Origin: an uncultured Actinomycetes bacterium
GTDB taxonomy: Bacteria > Actinomycetota > Actinomycetes > S36-B12
Direction of reading: 5' to 3'
NCBI GenBank assembly: GCA_937902285.1
Contig: CALGTB010000077.1
Location: 1-43,514, forward strand
DNA: 43,514 nucleotides
Under the pieces are notes generated by a model that saw nothing but the letters and a program-made list of their open reading frames with translations, did no database searches and was not told the DNA's origin. This document shows positions 10,503 to 20,294 of the stretch, piece after piece. The translations under genes and the position numbers were made by a program. How positions within the stretch are numbered: the first letter of the stretch is position 1; every line of letters starts with the position of its first letter.

Positions 10503-12028
10503 CGATCGTCCCGGTGGCCGAACCTGGCCTGTCGGATGGCCTCCGGAACCGCGCGGGCGATGTCCGTGGCGACCACCGGAGCGTGCTCGGCCGCGATGCG
10601 CCCGGCCGCACCGTGCAGCCACACCGCGGCGGCCGTGGCCTCCACGAGCTCGTCCGGCTCCCGTCGGCCGTCCGCCCAGGCGCCCGCGAGGACGGCGGCC
10701 ATGAGCCCCGAGAGGACATCGCCGGAGCCGGCGGTGCCGAGGTCGGCGGTGCCCTCGAGGTCGACGAAGCAGGTCCCGTCCGGCCCCGCGACGACCGTGC
10801 CGGGGCCCTTCAGCACGACGACCGCTCCGAGCCGGGCGGCGGCCGACGTCGCCGCGGCCAGGCGGCTGCCCGCGGAGTCAAGCAGGCCCGGGAGGATCCG
10901 CTCGAACTCCCCCTGGTGCGGGGTCAGCACGGTGACGAGCGCATGGGCGTTCCGCTCGGCGATGCGGGCACGCGCGGAGGCCGAGGTGGCCACGACGGAC
11001 AGCGCGCCGGCGTCGAGCACGACGGGGGCGGGGGCGCCGAGCACGGCCAGCACGGTGACCTCGTCGACGGGAGCACCGGGGAAGCCCGGGCCGCAGGCCC
11101 ACGCGTCGACCCGCTCCTGGCTCGCCGGGTCGGCCCCGTCGATGACGACGTCGGGGAAGTGCGCGACGACGAGCGGGGCGACGCCGTCACCGCGGTCGAG
11201 GAAGCGGGCCATGCCGACATTGCCGCGGTGCGCCGCGTCGACCGCCAGGAGGGCCGCGCCCGGATAGGCGCCCGATCCGGCCGAGATGCCCACGACGCCG
11301 CGCCGGTACTTGTACGCGTCGGGCGCCGGCTCACGCACCCACGCAGCGACGTCGATCGACTCCAGGCATCGGAGCACCGCGCGCTCATCGAACTCCAGGC
11401 CGATGTCGACGAGCCGCACAGCCCCCGAGTGCAGGGAGCCGGGCGCCACGACGAGTCCGGGCTTCACGGCCCCGAACGTCACGGTCACGTCGGCGGCGAC
11501 GGCGACACCGCTCACTGCTCCCGTGTCGGCGTCGACACCGCTCGGCACGTCCACGGCCACGACGATGGCGCCGCAGTCGTCCAGCCGGCCCACGACCGTC
11601 GCAGCATCGCCGCGCAGGGCACCCGATCCCCCGATGCCGATGATGCCGTCGATCACGAGGTGCGCATCGTCGATGAGGCGCGGAAGCGCCTCGTCGTCGT
11701 CGACCCACCGGTGCAGCCGGCCCCCCGCGCGCCGCAGGGCGGCCGAGCCGGCCGCGTGGATGCGGTCGGACAGGGTGAGCGCGTCGACGCGGCAGCCGCG
11801 GCGCGCCAGCCCGGCAGCCGCCCACAGGGCGTCGCCGCCGTTGTTGCCCGACCCCACGAGGACGACGACGTTCGATCCGGTGGCCGGCGCCCCTGCCGCC
11901 TCGAGGATCTCGGCGCACGCGACCTCGAGTGCCGTGGCGGCCCTCCGCATCAGGGCGCCGTCGGGGAGCACGGCCAGCGGAACAGCCTCGGCGGCACGGA
12001 TCTCCGCCGTGGTCCGGAGGTCGATCAT
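10499..12028 (-). CDS. nnr: Bifunctional NAD(P)H-hydrate epimerase / ADP-dependent dehydratase
   Basis: 509-aa ORF with an N-terminal YjeF_N domain (GSGNNGGD) and a C-terminal carbohydrate-kinase domain (GTAGSGD). Confidence 0.9.
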   Translation of the reverse strand: MIDLRTTAEIRAAEAVPLAVLPDGALMRRAATALEVACAEILEAAGAPATGSNVVVLVGSGNNGGDALWAAAGLARRGCRVDALTLSDRIHAAGSAALRRAGGRLHRWVDDDEALPRLIDDAHLVIDGIIGIGGSGALRGDAATVVGRLDDCGAIVVAVDVPSGVDADTGAVSGVAVAADVTVTFGAVKPGLVVAPGSLHSGAVRLVDIGLEFDERAVLRCLESIDVAAWVREPAPDAYKYRRGVVGISAGSGAYPGAALLAVDAAHRGNVGMARFLDRGDGVAPLVVAHFPDVVIDGADPASQERVDAWACGPGFPGAPVDEVTVLAVLGAPAPVVLDAGALSVVATSASARARIAERNAHALVTVLTPHQGEFERILPGLLDSAGSRLAAATSAAARLGAVVVLKGPGTVVAGPDGTCFVDLEGTADLGTAGSGDVLSGLMAAVLAGAWADGRREPDELVEATAAAVWLHGAAGRIAAEHAPVVATDIARAVPEAIRQARFGHRDDR

Positions 12029-12396
12029 GGCGTCGCCCGGGAGGCGACGACGAAGGCGATGGCCATGGGTCCATCATGGCTGAGGGACAGCAGCCATGAA
12101 TCGATGCCCAGCGCCCGGCCGGCGGCCAGCACGGTGCCGCGCAGGGCCAGTCGCGGCTCGCCCAGCTCGCCGGTGACCACCTCGCAGTCGTGCCACGACA
12201 GCCCCCGGTTGTCGACGAGCACCTTCGCCACGGCCTCCTTGGCGGCCCAGCGGGCCGCGAGGGACGCCGCGCGCAGGCGGTCTCCCCCGCACTGCTCGAT
12301 CTCCCCGGGGGTGAACACCCGGCCGACCAGGCGCGGCGACCGCTCGATGACCGCGGCGAACCGGCGGGTGTCGACCACGTCGACGCCGATGCCCAC
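12025..12396 (-). CDS. acpS: Holo-[acyl-carrier-protein] synthase
   Basis: (V)GIGVDVVDTRRF...AAKEAVAKV pattern. GTG start; the stop overlaps the nnr ATG. Confidence 0.88.
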   Translation of the reverse strand: MGIGVDVVDTRRFAAVIERSPRLVGRVFTPGEIEQCGGDRLRAASLAARWAAKEAVAKVLVDNRGLSWHDCEVVTGELGEPRLALRGTVLAAGRALGIDSWLLSLSHDGPMAIAFVVASRATP

Positions 12397-12445
12397 GACC
12401 GGGGCAGGGAGATCTCCCGAGGCGAAGGGGGTGATGGACAGGGCG

Positions 12446-14296
12446 CTACTCCACCGTCACGGACTTGGCGAGGTTCCGGGGCTGGTCGACGTCATGGCCC
12501 TTGGCGGTCGCCATCTCGCAGGCGAACACCTGCAGGGGCACAGTCGCGACGAGCGGCTGCATCAGCGTCGGGACCGCCGGGATGCGGATGACGTGGTCGG
12601 CGTACGCGGCGATGACGTCGTCGCCCTCCTCCGCGATGGCGATCACGCGGGCGCCGCGCGCCCGGACCTCCTGGATGTTGGACACGATCTTGTCGTGCAG
12701 CACCGCGCGTCCGCGCGGGGACGGGACGATGACGATCACCGGCACCCCGTCCTCGATGAGGGCGATCGGCCCGTGCTTGAGCTCGCCGGCGGCGAAGCCC
12801 TCGGCATGCATGTAGGCGAGCTCCTTGAGCTTGAGGGCGCCCTCGAGAGCGACGGGGTAGCCCACGTGACGGCCGAGGAACAGGACCGACGGCGAGGACG
12901 AGAGCTCACGGGCGAGCGCCCGCACCGGCTCGGTGGTGTCGAGCACGAGGTCGACCTTCCCCGGCATGTCGTCCAGCTCGGCGAGGATCCGCCGGATCTC
13001 GTCCTCGAACATCGCCCCGCGCACCTGCGCGAGGTAGAGGCCGACCAGGTAGGCGGCGATGATCTGGGTGAGGAAGGCCTTGGTGCTGGCGACGGCGATC
13101 TCGGGCCCGGCATAGGTGTAGAGGACCGCGTCGGACTCGCGGGGGATGGTCGATCCGACGGTGTTGCAGATGGCGAGGGTGTGCGAACCCTGGGACTTCG
13201 CGTAGCGGAGGGCCATGAGCGTGTCCATGGTCTCGCCGGACTGCGAGATGGCGATCACGAGGCTGTCGGGGCCGACCACCGGATCGCGGTAGCGGAACTC
13301 GCTCGCGAGCTCGACCTCGACCGGCAGGCGCGTCCAGTGCTCGATCGCATACTTCGCCACCATGCCGGCGTTCGCTGCGGTGCCGCAGGCGATCACGACC
13401 ACCTTCTTGATGTTGCGCAGGATCGCCTCGTCGAGGTTCATCTCGTCCAGCTGGACCTTGTTGTCCTTGCTGATCCGCCCGAGGAGCGAGTCGGCCACCG
13501 CCTTGGGCTGCTCGGCGATCTCCTTCAGCATGAAGGTCTCGTAGCCGCCCTTCTCCGCAGCGGCCGCATCCCAGTCGACATGGAACGGCCGGGCCTCGAC
13601 AGGCTCGCCGGCGAAGTCGGTGATGTCGACGCGGGTGGGCGTCATCGCAACGACCTGGTCCTGGCCCAGCTCGAGGGCGTCGCGCGTGTAGTCGACGAAG
13701 GCCGCGACGTCGGACGCCAGGAAGTTCTCGCCGGCGCCGATGCCGACGACCAGCGGGGAGTTGCGGCGCGCGGCCACGACGAGGTCGGGCTGGTCGCGGT
13801 CGATGCAGACGAGCGTGAAGGCCCCTTCGAGCCGGCGGCAGGTGCGGCGCATGGCCTCGGCCAGGTCCTCATCAGCCTCGGGGAGCGTGGCGGCGAGCAG
13901 GTGGGCGACGACCTCGGTGTCCGTCTCGGAGGTGAGCGTGACGCCCGCGGCGGTCAGCTCGTCGCGCAGCTCGGCGAAGTTCTCGATGATCCCGTTGTGG
14001 ATGACGGCCACCCGGCCGTTCTCACTCACGTGCGGATGGGCGTTGCTGTCGGTGGGCCCGCCGTGCGTGGCCCATCGGGTGTGCCCGATTCCCGTCGTGG
14101 AGTCGGGCATGGGATCGGTGCCCAGCAGGGTCTCGAGATTGGCGAGCTTGCCGGCCTTCTTCCGCACCACGAGCTGGCCGGCGCTGATGACGGCGACCCC
14201 GGCCGAGTCGTATCCGCGGTACTCGAGGCGCCGCAGCCCCCCGACGACGATCTCCAGTGCCTGCTTCTGACCGACGTACCCGACGATTCCGCACAT
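12446..14296 (-). CDS. glmS: Glutamine--fructose-6-phosphate aminotransferase
   Basis: MCGIVGYVG N-terminal nucleophile and the ...KSVTVE C-terminus; 616 aa. Track ORF 12446-14548 is over-extended. Confidence 0.97.
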   Translation of the reverse strand: MCGIVGYVGQKQALEIVVGGLRRLEYRGYDSAGVAVISAGQLVVRKKAGKLANLETLLGTDPMPDSTTGIGHTRWATHGGPTDSNAHPHVSENGRVAVIHNGIIENFAELRDELTAAGVTLTSETDTEVVAHLLAATLPEADEDLAEAMRRTCRRLEGAFTLVCIDRDQPDLVVAARRNSPLVVGIGAGENFLASDVAAFVDYTRDALELGQDQVVAMTPTRVDITDFAGEPVEARPFHVDWDAAAAEKGGYETFMLKEIAEQPKAVADSLLGRISKDNKVQLDEMNLDEAILRNIKKVVVIACGTAANAGMVAKYAIEHWTRLPVEVELASEFRYRDPVVGPDSLVIAISQSGETMDTLMALRYAKSQGSHTLAICNTVGSTIPRESDAVLYTYAGPEIAVASTKAFLTQIIAAYLVGLYLAQVRGAMFEDEIRRILAELDDMPGKVDLVLDTTEPVRALARELSSSPSVLFLGRHVGYPVALEGALKLKELAYMHAEGFAAGELKHGPIALIEDGVPVIVIVPSPRGRAVLHDKIVSNIQEVRARGARVIAIAEEGDDVIAAYADHVIRIPAVPTLMQPLVATVPLQVFACEMATAKGHDVDQPRNLAKSVTVE

Positions 14297-14303
14297 AGGG
14301 GCA

Positions 14304-14309
14304 AGAGTA
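14304..14309 (-). promoter_or_regulatory. Putative -10 box (TACTCT) for a leaderless glmS mRNA
   Basis: TANNNT hexamer 7 nt upstream of the glmS ATG; no Shine-Dalgarno in between. Confidence 0.35.
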
Positions 14310-14324
14310 CGCGCAGCGTCGCGG

Positions 14325-14330
14325 CAGAAT
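14325..14330 (+). promoter_or_regulatory. Putative -10 box (CAGAAT) for a leaderless DUF389 mRNA
   Basis: Hexamer with A2 and T6, 6 nt upstream of GTG 14337; no Shine-Dalgarno. Confidence 0.3.
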
Positions 14331-14336
14331 GCTGCC

Positions 14337-15278
14337 GTGATCACCGTGCGTGTGTGTTGCCCGAAGGTGCTCACCGCCGACGTGACCGCGCTCCTGCGGG
14401 GCAACCCCGCGACCAGCGCCCTCGTGATCCACGAGGGGGCGGCCGTCATCCCCGCCGGTGACGTCATCGAGGCAGACCTGCCCCGCGAGGCGGTCAACCC
14501 CGTGGTCGACGCACTGATCGCACTGGGGGTCCAGCACGAGGGCACCATCCAGCTCCTGCCGGTGACGACGTGGGTGTCGGCTCCCGGACTGGCGGCCGAG
14601 CAGCAGGCCCAGGGCGCCAGCGCCGACGCCGTCGTGTGGACCGAGGTGGTCGAGCGTGCCTACGACGACTCGCAGATCACGTGGACGTTCATGAGCTTCA
14701 TGGTGCTGGCCACGCTGCTCGCGTCGATCGCGGTGGTCACCGACTCGATCGTGCTCGTCATCGGTGCGATGGTGCTGGGGCCGGAGTTCGTCCCCATCGC
14801 CGCGCTCGGCCTGGGCCTCGTGCGCCGGCGCTACAACCTGCTCCGCCAGGCGGTGCGCACCCTCGTGTTCGGCTTCACGGTGGCGATCCTCATCGTCGCC
14901 ATGCTGGCGGCCGTGGCCCGGGCGATCGGGCTGATCGAGCTGAGCGACATCTCCATGGACAGCCGTCCCGGTACCAGCTTCATCTACACGCCCAACGCGT
15001 GGTCGCTCATCATCGCCGTCATCGCGGGGGCCGCCGGCGTCCTGGCACTGACCTCGGCCAAGTCGGGCGGGCTGGCCGGCGTCTTCATCTCGGTGACCAC
15101 CATTCCCGCGGCCGGCAACATCGCGGTGGCCCTCGTGTTCGCCGAGTGGGCCGAGGTCGTGGGCAGCTCGGTGAACCTGCTCGTCAACATCACCGGCATG
15201 GCGCTGGCCGGGTGGGCGACGCTGGCGCTGCAGCAGGTCGTGTGGTCGCGCCTCAGCCGACCGCGAGCGACGCACTGA
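14337..15278 (+). CDS. DUF389 (TIGR00341-like) integral membrane protein of unknown function
   Basis: 313-aa ORF with a roughly 110-aa soluble N-terminal domain followed by several hydrophobic helices ([16 protein letters not shown]..., [17 protein letters not shown]...). It is one of only two credible full-length plus-strand genes in the window. Confidence 0.8.
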   Translation: MITVRVCCPKVLTADVTALLRGNPATSALVIHEGAAVIPAGDVIEADLPREAVNPVVDALIALGVQHEGTIQLLPVTTWVSAPGLAAEQQAQGASADAVVWTEVVERAYDDSQITWTFMSFMVLATLLASIAVVTDSIVLVIGAMVLGPEFVPIAALGLGLVRRRYNLLRQAVRTLVFGFTVAILIVAMLAAVARAIGLIELSDISMDSRPGTSFIYTPNAWSLIIAVIAGAAGVLALTSAKSGGLAGVFISVTTIPAAGNIAVALVFAEWAEVVGSSVNLLVNITGMALAGWATLALQQVVWSRLSRPRATH

Positions 15279-16602
15279 CCACGGCGGCAAGCCGGTCGGC
15301 GATGCTCTGGGCCTGATCGTGCGTGGCGGCCTCGACCATGACCCGGATCACGGGCTCGGTGCCGGACGGCCGCAGCAGGACACGGCCGTCCTCACCCAGC
15401 TCGGCCTCGGCCTCGGCGACCGCGTCGAGGACGGCAGCCGACCCGTCGAGGGCCTGGCGGTCGACGCCCTTGACGTTGATGAGCACCTGCGGGAGCTTGG
15501 TGATCCTGGCGGCGAGCTCGCCGAGGGTCTGACCCGACTCCGCGACCTCCGCCAGCATGTGGAGGGCGGTGAGGATGCCGTCGCCGGTGGTGGCGAACTC
15601 CGACATCACGACATGCCCGCTCTGCTCGCCACCGAGCACGAAGCCGCCGGCACGCATGGCCTCGAGCACGTAGCGATCGCCCACACCGGTCTCGACGACG
15701 GCGATACCCGCCTTGCGCATCGCGATCATGAAGCCCAGGTTGGCCATGACGGTGGCGACCACCGTGTTGCCCGCCAGCTCGCCGCGTCGGCTCATCGCCA
15801 TCGCGATGATGGCGAGGATGTGGTCGCCGTCGACGACATTGCCGTCGGCGTCGACCGCGAGGCAGCGGTCGGCGTCGCCGTCGTGGGCGATCCCGGCATC
15901 GGCACCGTGCGCACGCACCGCGGCGATGAGGTCGTCGAGATGGGTGCTGCCGCATCCCTCGTTGATGTTCAGGCCGTCCGGCTCGGCATGGATCGTCGTC
16001 ACCGACGCGCCGGCCCTGGTGTAGACGTCGGCGGCGATGGATGACGCCGCGCCGTTGGCGCAGTCGACGACGATCGACAGCCCGTCGAGCCGGTGCGGGA
16101 GGGTGCCGAGCAGGTGATCCTCGTAGCGCACACCGGCCTCGAGGTCGAGCCGGACCCGACCGACGTCGGCGCCCGTCGGACGGTCCCAGGGCTCGTCGAG
16201 CCGCTGCTCGATCGCGTCCTCGATCGCATCGTCGAGCTTGTGACCGCCGCGCGAGAAGAACTTGATCCCGTTGTCGGGCATGGGGTTGTGCGACGCGCTC
16301 AGCATCACGCCGATGTCGGCGCCCAGGACGTCGGTGAGGTACGCCACGCCCGGAGTGGGCAGCACGCCCACCAGGACGACGTCGACCCCAGCGCTGGCGA
16401 GTCCAGCGACCACGGCCGCCTGCAGGAACTCCCCGCTGGCCCGACTGTCGCGTCCCACGACGGCGAGCGGACGATGCCCCTCGAACGCCCCCGTGTCTCC
16501 GAGGACGTGCGCGGCGGCCACCGACAGGTCGAGCGCGAGCTCGGCAGTGACGTCACGATTGGCCAGGCCACGCACGCCGTCAGTGCCGAAGAGGCGGCCC
16601 AA
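15253..16602 (-). CDS. glmM: Phosphoglucosamine mutase
   Basis: (L)[11 protein letters not shown]..., the SASHNP phosphoserine loop and GDGDADR. TTG start 4 nt after the rpsI stop. Confidence 0.95.
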   Translation of the reverse strand: MGRLFGTDGVRGLANRDVTAELALDLSVAAAHVLGDTGAFEGHRPLAVVGRDSRASGEFLQAAVVAGLASAGVDVVLVGVLPTPGVAYLTDVLGADIGVMLSASHNPMPDNGIKFFSRGGHKLDDAIEDAIEQRLDEPWDRPTGADVGRVRLDLEAGVRYEDHLLGTLPHRLDGLSIVVDCANGAASSIAADVYTRAGASVTTIHAEPDGLNINEGCGSTHLDDLIAAVRAHGADAGIAHDGDADRCLAVDADGNVVDGDHILAIIAMAMSRRGELAGNTVVATVMANLGFMIAMRKAGIAVVETGVGDRYVLEAMRAGGFVLGGEQSGHVVMSEFATTGDGILTALHMLAEVAESGQTLGELAARITKLPQVLINVKGVDRQALDGSAAVLDAVAEAEAELGEDGRVLLRPSGTEPVIRVMVEAATHDQAQSIADRLAAVVSASLAVG

Positions 16603-16606
16603 CGGA

Positions 16607-17116
<510 letters not shown>

Positions 17117-17161
17117 AAGTCCTCTCGTTAACGCCGGCCACGGGGACCGGCGGGCGCGTCG

Positions 17162-17605
17162 TTACTGCGCGACCTGGGTGATCTGGAAGGGCTGCGGCAT
17201 CTGCGCCGCGTGGGGATGCTCGGGTCCTGCGTAGACCTTGAGCTTCTTGATCTGCTGGCGACCGAGCTTGTTGTGCGGGAGCATGCCCTTCACGGCCTTC
17301 TCCACGACGCGGCGCGGGTTGTTCTCCATCAGGTCGGCGTAGGACGTCGACGTCAGGCCGCCCGGGAAGCCCGAGTGGCGGTGGTCCATCTTCTGCTGCT
17401 TCTTCTGACCGGTCAGCACGACCTTGTCGGCGTTGATGATGATCACGAAGTCGCCCGTGTCCATGTGGGGGGCGAAGATGGTCTTGTGCTTGCCGCGCAG
17501 CAGCGTCGCCGCATGCGTGGCCAGCCGGCCGAGAACGACGTCGGAGGCGTCGATGACATGCCAGGTGCGCTCGATATCACCGGGCTTGGGACTGTATGTG
17601 CGCAC
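17162..17605 (-). CDS. rplM: 50S ribosomal protein L13
   Basis: (V)[28 protein letters not shown]...; GTG start. The track ORF is over-extended to 17680. Confidence 0.95.
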   Translation of the reverse strand: MRTYSPKPGDIERTWHVIDASDVVLGRLATHAATLLRGKHKTIFAPHMDTGDFVIIINADKVVLTGQKKQQKMDHRHSGFPGGLTSTSYADLMENNPRRVVEKAVKGMLPHNKLGRQQIKKLKVYAGPEHPHAAQMPQPFQITQVAQ

Positions 17606-17776
17606 GGGACGCCGCCTTACGTTTCTCGTAGGAACCGGACTCTGCACATGCCATGGCTGGCATGCCGTACTAGGTGCCATCCCTGGAACCTAGGCTGGGC
17701 GGTGCTTCCGGGAGACCCGGAGACGCCACAGCAGCACCACAGACTACCGTCGCCGTCCCGACGGGTCCAAATCGGC

Positions 17777-19438
17777 CTACCAGGCCGACCAGACGGGCTC
17801 GGGCGACTCGACCACCGCGCCGTCGCTGCGGAACACCCAGAACCGGTCGAACCCCCGGGTGAACCAGCGGTCGTGGGTGACCGCCACCACTGTGCCCTCG
17901 AAGGCGTTGAGCCCGTCCTCGAGGGCCTCGGCACTGGCAAGGTCGAGGTTGTCCGTGGGCTCGTCGAGCAGCAGCAGCGTCGCGCCCCCCAGCTCGAGCA
18001 GCAGGATCTGGAACCGGGCCTGCTGTCCCCCGGACAGGGTGTCGAAGTCCTGCTCGGACGCCTCCGCCAGCTCGTAGCGGTCGAGCACCCGGGCCGCCTG
18101 CTCGCGGGGCATCCCCGACCGCCGCTCGTCACCGCGGTGCAGGATGTCCAGGAGCGTCCGGCCGGACAGGTCCGGGCGCACATGGGTCTGGGCGAACCAC
18201 CCCGGCCGCACGCGGGCGCCGAGTCGGGCGGTCCCCGTGTGGGCGACCGGCAGGATCTCGACCTCGCCGACCGGCTGGTGCTCGACGTCGGGGTCGGATC
18301 CGCCCAGGGCCAGCAGGCGCAGGAGGTGCGACTTGCCCGAGCCGTTGGCCCCGAGCACCGCCAGGCGCTCGCCGAACCAGACCTCGCCGTCGAAGGGGGC
18401 GGTGAGCCCGGTGAGCTCGAGGGACTCGCAGACGATGGCACGCTTGGCCGTGCGCCCGCCGGTGAGCCGCATGCGCACGCTCTGACGGCGGGGCACTGCG
18501 GTCGGGGGGCCGGCCTCCTCGAACTTGCGGAGCCTGGTCTGTGCGGCCTGGTAGCGCGAGGCCATCCCGTCGTTGTACTTGGCCTTGATCCGCAGCGACA
18601 GCACCAGCGCCTTGAGCTTGGCGTGCTCCTCGTCCCACCGGCGACGCAGCTCCTCCAGGCGCGAGAAGCGCTCGGCCCGCGCCTCATGGAACGAGGCGAA
18701 GCCACCGCCGTGCACCCAGACCGTGTTGCCCGCGGCGCCGAGCTCGACCGACACGACGTGGCTGGCGCACTGGTTCAGCAGCTCGCGATCATGGCTGATG
18801 AGGAGCACCGTCTTGGGGGTCTCCCGCAGCTGCGCCTCGAGCCAGGTCTTGCCGGGAACGTCGAGGTAGTTGTCCGGCTCGTCGAGCAGCAGCACGCCGG
18901 CCGGGCCGCGCAGGAGCAGTTCGAGCACGAGCCGCTTCTGCTCGCCTCCCGAGAGAGTGGACACCCGGCGCCACCGCAGCAGCTCGTAGGGCTCGCCCAT
19001 GGCAGCGATGGTCACCACGTCGAAGAGGACCTCCGCGTCGTAGCCTCCGGCCTCGGCGTAGTCGGCGATCGCGTGCGCGTAGCGCATCTGCGTGGCCTCG
19101 TCGTCCTGGTCCATCATCGCGAGCTCGGCCTCGTCAAGGCGCTGCGCAGCGAGACGGAGGGCCTCCGGGCTCACTCCGAGCAGGAGGTCGCGGACCGTTC
19201 CCTCCGACATCTGGCCGACGAACTGGCGCATCACCGCCAGCCCGCCCGTGCACACGATCGAGCCCTCGTCCGGCCGCAGGTCGCCGGCCATCATGCGCAG
19301 CAGGGTGGTCTTGCCGGCACCGTTCGGGCCGACGAGAGCCGCAGTGGCCCCCTCCGGCACCCGGAACGAGACGTCGTCGAGGAGGACCCGGCCGTCGGAC
19401 AGCGAGTACGTCACGTGCTGCACGTCGATGTGCGCCAC
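17777..19438 (-). CDS. ABC-F family ATPase (two fused ABC domains, no transmembrane domain)
   Basis: Domain 1: Walker [10 protein letters not shown], signature LSGGEQKR, Walker B LLLDEP. Domain 2: [25 protein letters not shown] charged linker lies between them. GTG start 1 nt after the truA stop, with GGAGG upstream. Confidence 0.9.
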   Translation of the reverse strand: MAHIDVQHVTYSLSDGRVLLDDVSFRVPEGATAALVGPNGAGKTTLLRMMAGDLRPDEGSIVCTGGLAVMRQFVGQMSEGTVRDLLLGVSPEALRLAAQRLDEAELAMMDQDDEATQMRYAHAIADYAEAGGYDAEVLFDVVTIAAMGEPYELLRWRRVSTLSGGEQKRLVLELLLRGPAGVLLLDEPDNYLDVPGKTWLEAQLRETPKTVLLISHDRELLNQCASHVVSVELGAAGNTVWVHGGGFASFHEARAERFSRLEELRRRWDEEHAKLKALVLSLRIKAKYNDGMASRYQAAQTRLRKFEEAGPPTAVPRRQSVRMRLTGGRTAKRAIVCESLELTGLTAPFDGEVWFGERLAVLGANGSGKSHLLRLLALGGSDPDVEHQPVGEVEILPVAHTGTARLGARVRPGWFAQTHVRPDLSGRTLLDILHRGDERRSGMPREQAARVLDRYELAEASEQDFDTLSGGQQARFQILLLELGGATLLLLDEPTDNLDLASAEALEDGLNAFEGTVVAVTHDRWFTRGFDRFWVFRSDGAVVESPEPVWSAW

Positions 19439-19439
19439 G

Positions 19440-20294
19440 TCAGGCCTCCGGCAGCGATCGGAAGGTGCGCGTGCGGGACTGCCGCGCCAGGTACTCCCCC
19501 GGCTCCGGATAGCCCACCTCCTCGAGCACGAGCGGGAACGCCGGCATCACGGTGACGGCCGAGTTCTTCACGCCCGCGCGAAGAACCTGCGCAGGCCAGT
19601 CGACCGACTGGCGGTGGTCGCCGACCGGGAGGAGGACGCCCACCAGAGACCGCACCATCGAGTGGCAGAAGGCATCGGCGCGGACCGTGAGCTCCATGAC
19701 CTCGTCTCCCCGATCCGCCCACCGCAGGTCGAGCAGCTCGCGCACGGTGGAGGTGAACTCGCGCTGCTTGCAGAAGGGCGCGAAGTCCCGCTCCCCGAGC
19801 AGGCCGTCGGCCGCCTCGTTCATGCGGTCCATGTCGATCGGTCGCGGCCACGGCAGCACGAGGTGCCGCTCGAGGGGTGCGGGGCCAGCAGGGCCGGACG
19901 TCACGCGGTACGAGTAGCGCCGCCAGAGTGCCGAGAACCGGGCGTCGAAGTCGCCGCTGACCTCGACCACCGAGTTGACGCGCACATCGTCCGGCAGCGC
20001 CCGGTTGAGCTTTCCGAGATCCAGTACGGCGCTCCCCTGCGGCAGGTCCAGGTGCGCGACCTGTCCGCGGGCGTGCACCCCGGCGTCGGTGCGGCCGGCG
20101 CAGGTGATCTCGACCGGCCGCCCGCACAGGTAGGCGAGCACCCGCTCGACCTCGCCCTGCACGGTGCGCAGGCCCGGCTGCCGCGCCCACCCCAGGAAGC
20201 CGCGCCCGTCGTACGACAGGTCGAGGCGCAGACGAATCAGCCCGTCGCCCGGGGTGCCGGGGACGGGCTGACTGCGAAGTGGCGAATCGGTCAG
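19440..20294 (-). CDS. truA: tRNA pseudouridine(38-40) synthase TruA; start codon non-canonical and uncertain
   Basis: GRTDAGVHA catalytic-Asp motif. The conserved N-terminal [18 protein letters not shown] is encoded in-frame upstream of the first canonical start (GTG 20162). The 5' end shown is CTG 20294, which overlaps the rplQ stop; other candidates are CTG 20240, ATT 20237 and CTG 20231. Confidence 0.85.
   Translation of the reverse strand: MTDSPLRSQPVPGTPGDGLIRLRLDLSYDGRGFLGWARQPGLRTVQGEVERVLAYLCGRPVEITCAGRTDAGVHARGQVAHLDLPQGSAVLDLGKLNRALPDDVRVNSVVEVSGDFDARFSALWRRYSYRVTSGPAGPAPLERHLVLPWPRPIDMDRMNEAADGLLGERDFAPFCKQREFTSTVRELLDLRWADRGDEVMELTVRADAFCHSMVRSLVGVLLPVGDHRQSVDWPAQVLRAGVKNSAVTVMPAFPLVLEEVGYPEPGEYLARQSRTRTFRSLPEA

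Noticed and set aside
12407-12418. 12-nt perfect palindrome GGGAGATCTCCC in the glmS-acpS spacer
   Set aside because: It is short, occurs once, and contains a common restriction-site palindrome. It is too small for a credible terminator or operator call without comparative support.
14297-14336. Possible glmS ribozyme or riboswitch upstream of glmS
   Set aside because: Only 40 nt separate glmS from the divergent gene, which is far too short for the ribozyme of about 170 nt. That element is also not characteristic of Actinomycetota.
10514-14461. Very long 1315-aa plus-strand ORF spanning nnr, acpS and glmS
   Set aside because: Its length is striking, but it runs antisense across three well-supported genes and their junctions. 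It is low-complexity R/G/D/A/V-rich sequence, and GC3 bias removes stops from the antisense frame. There is no evidence that it codes for protein.
17210-19555. 781-aa plus-strand ORF antisense to the ABC-F gene; likewise 39895-41919 (674 aa) antisense to fusA and 38238-39290 antisense to tuf
   Set aside because: These are the same high-GC antisense artefact, and the sense-strand genes are certain.
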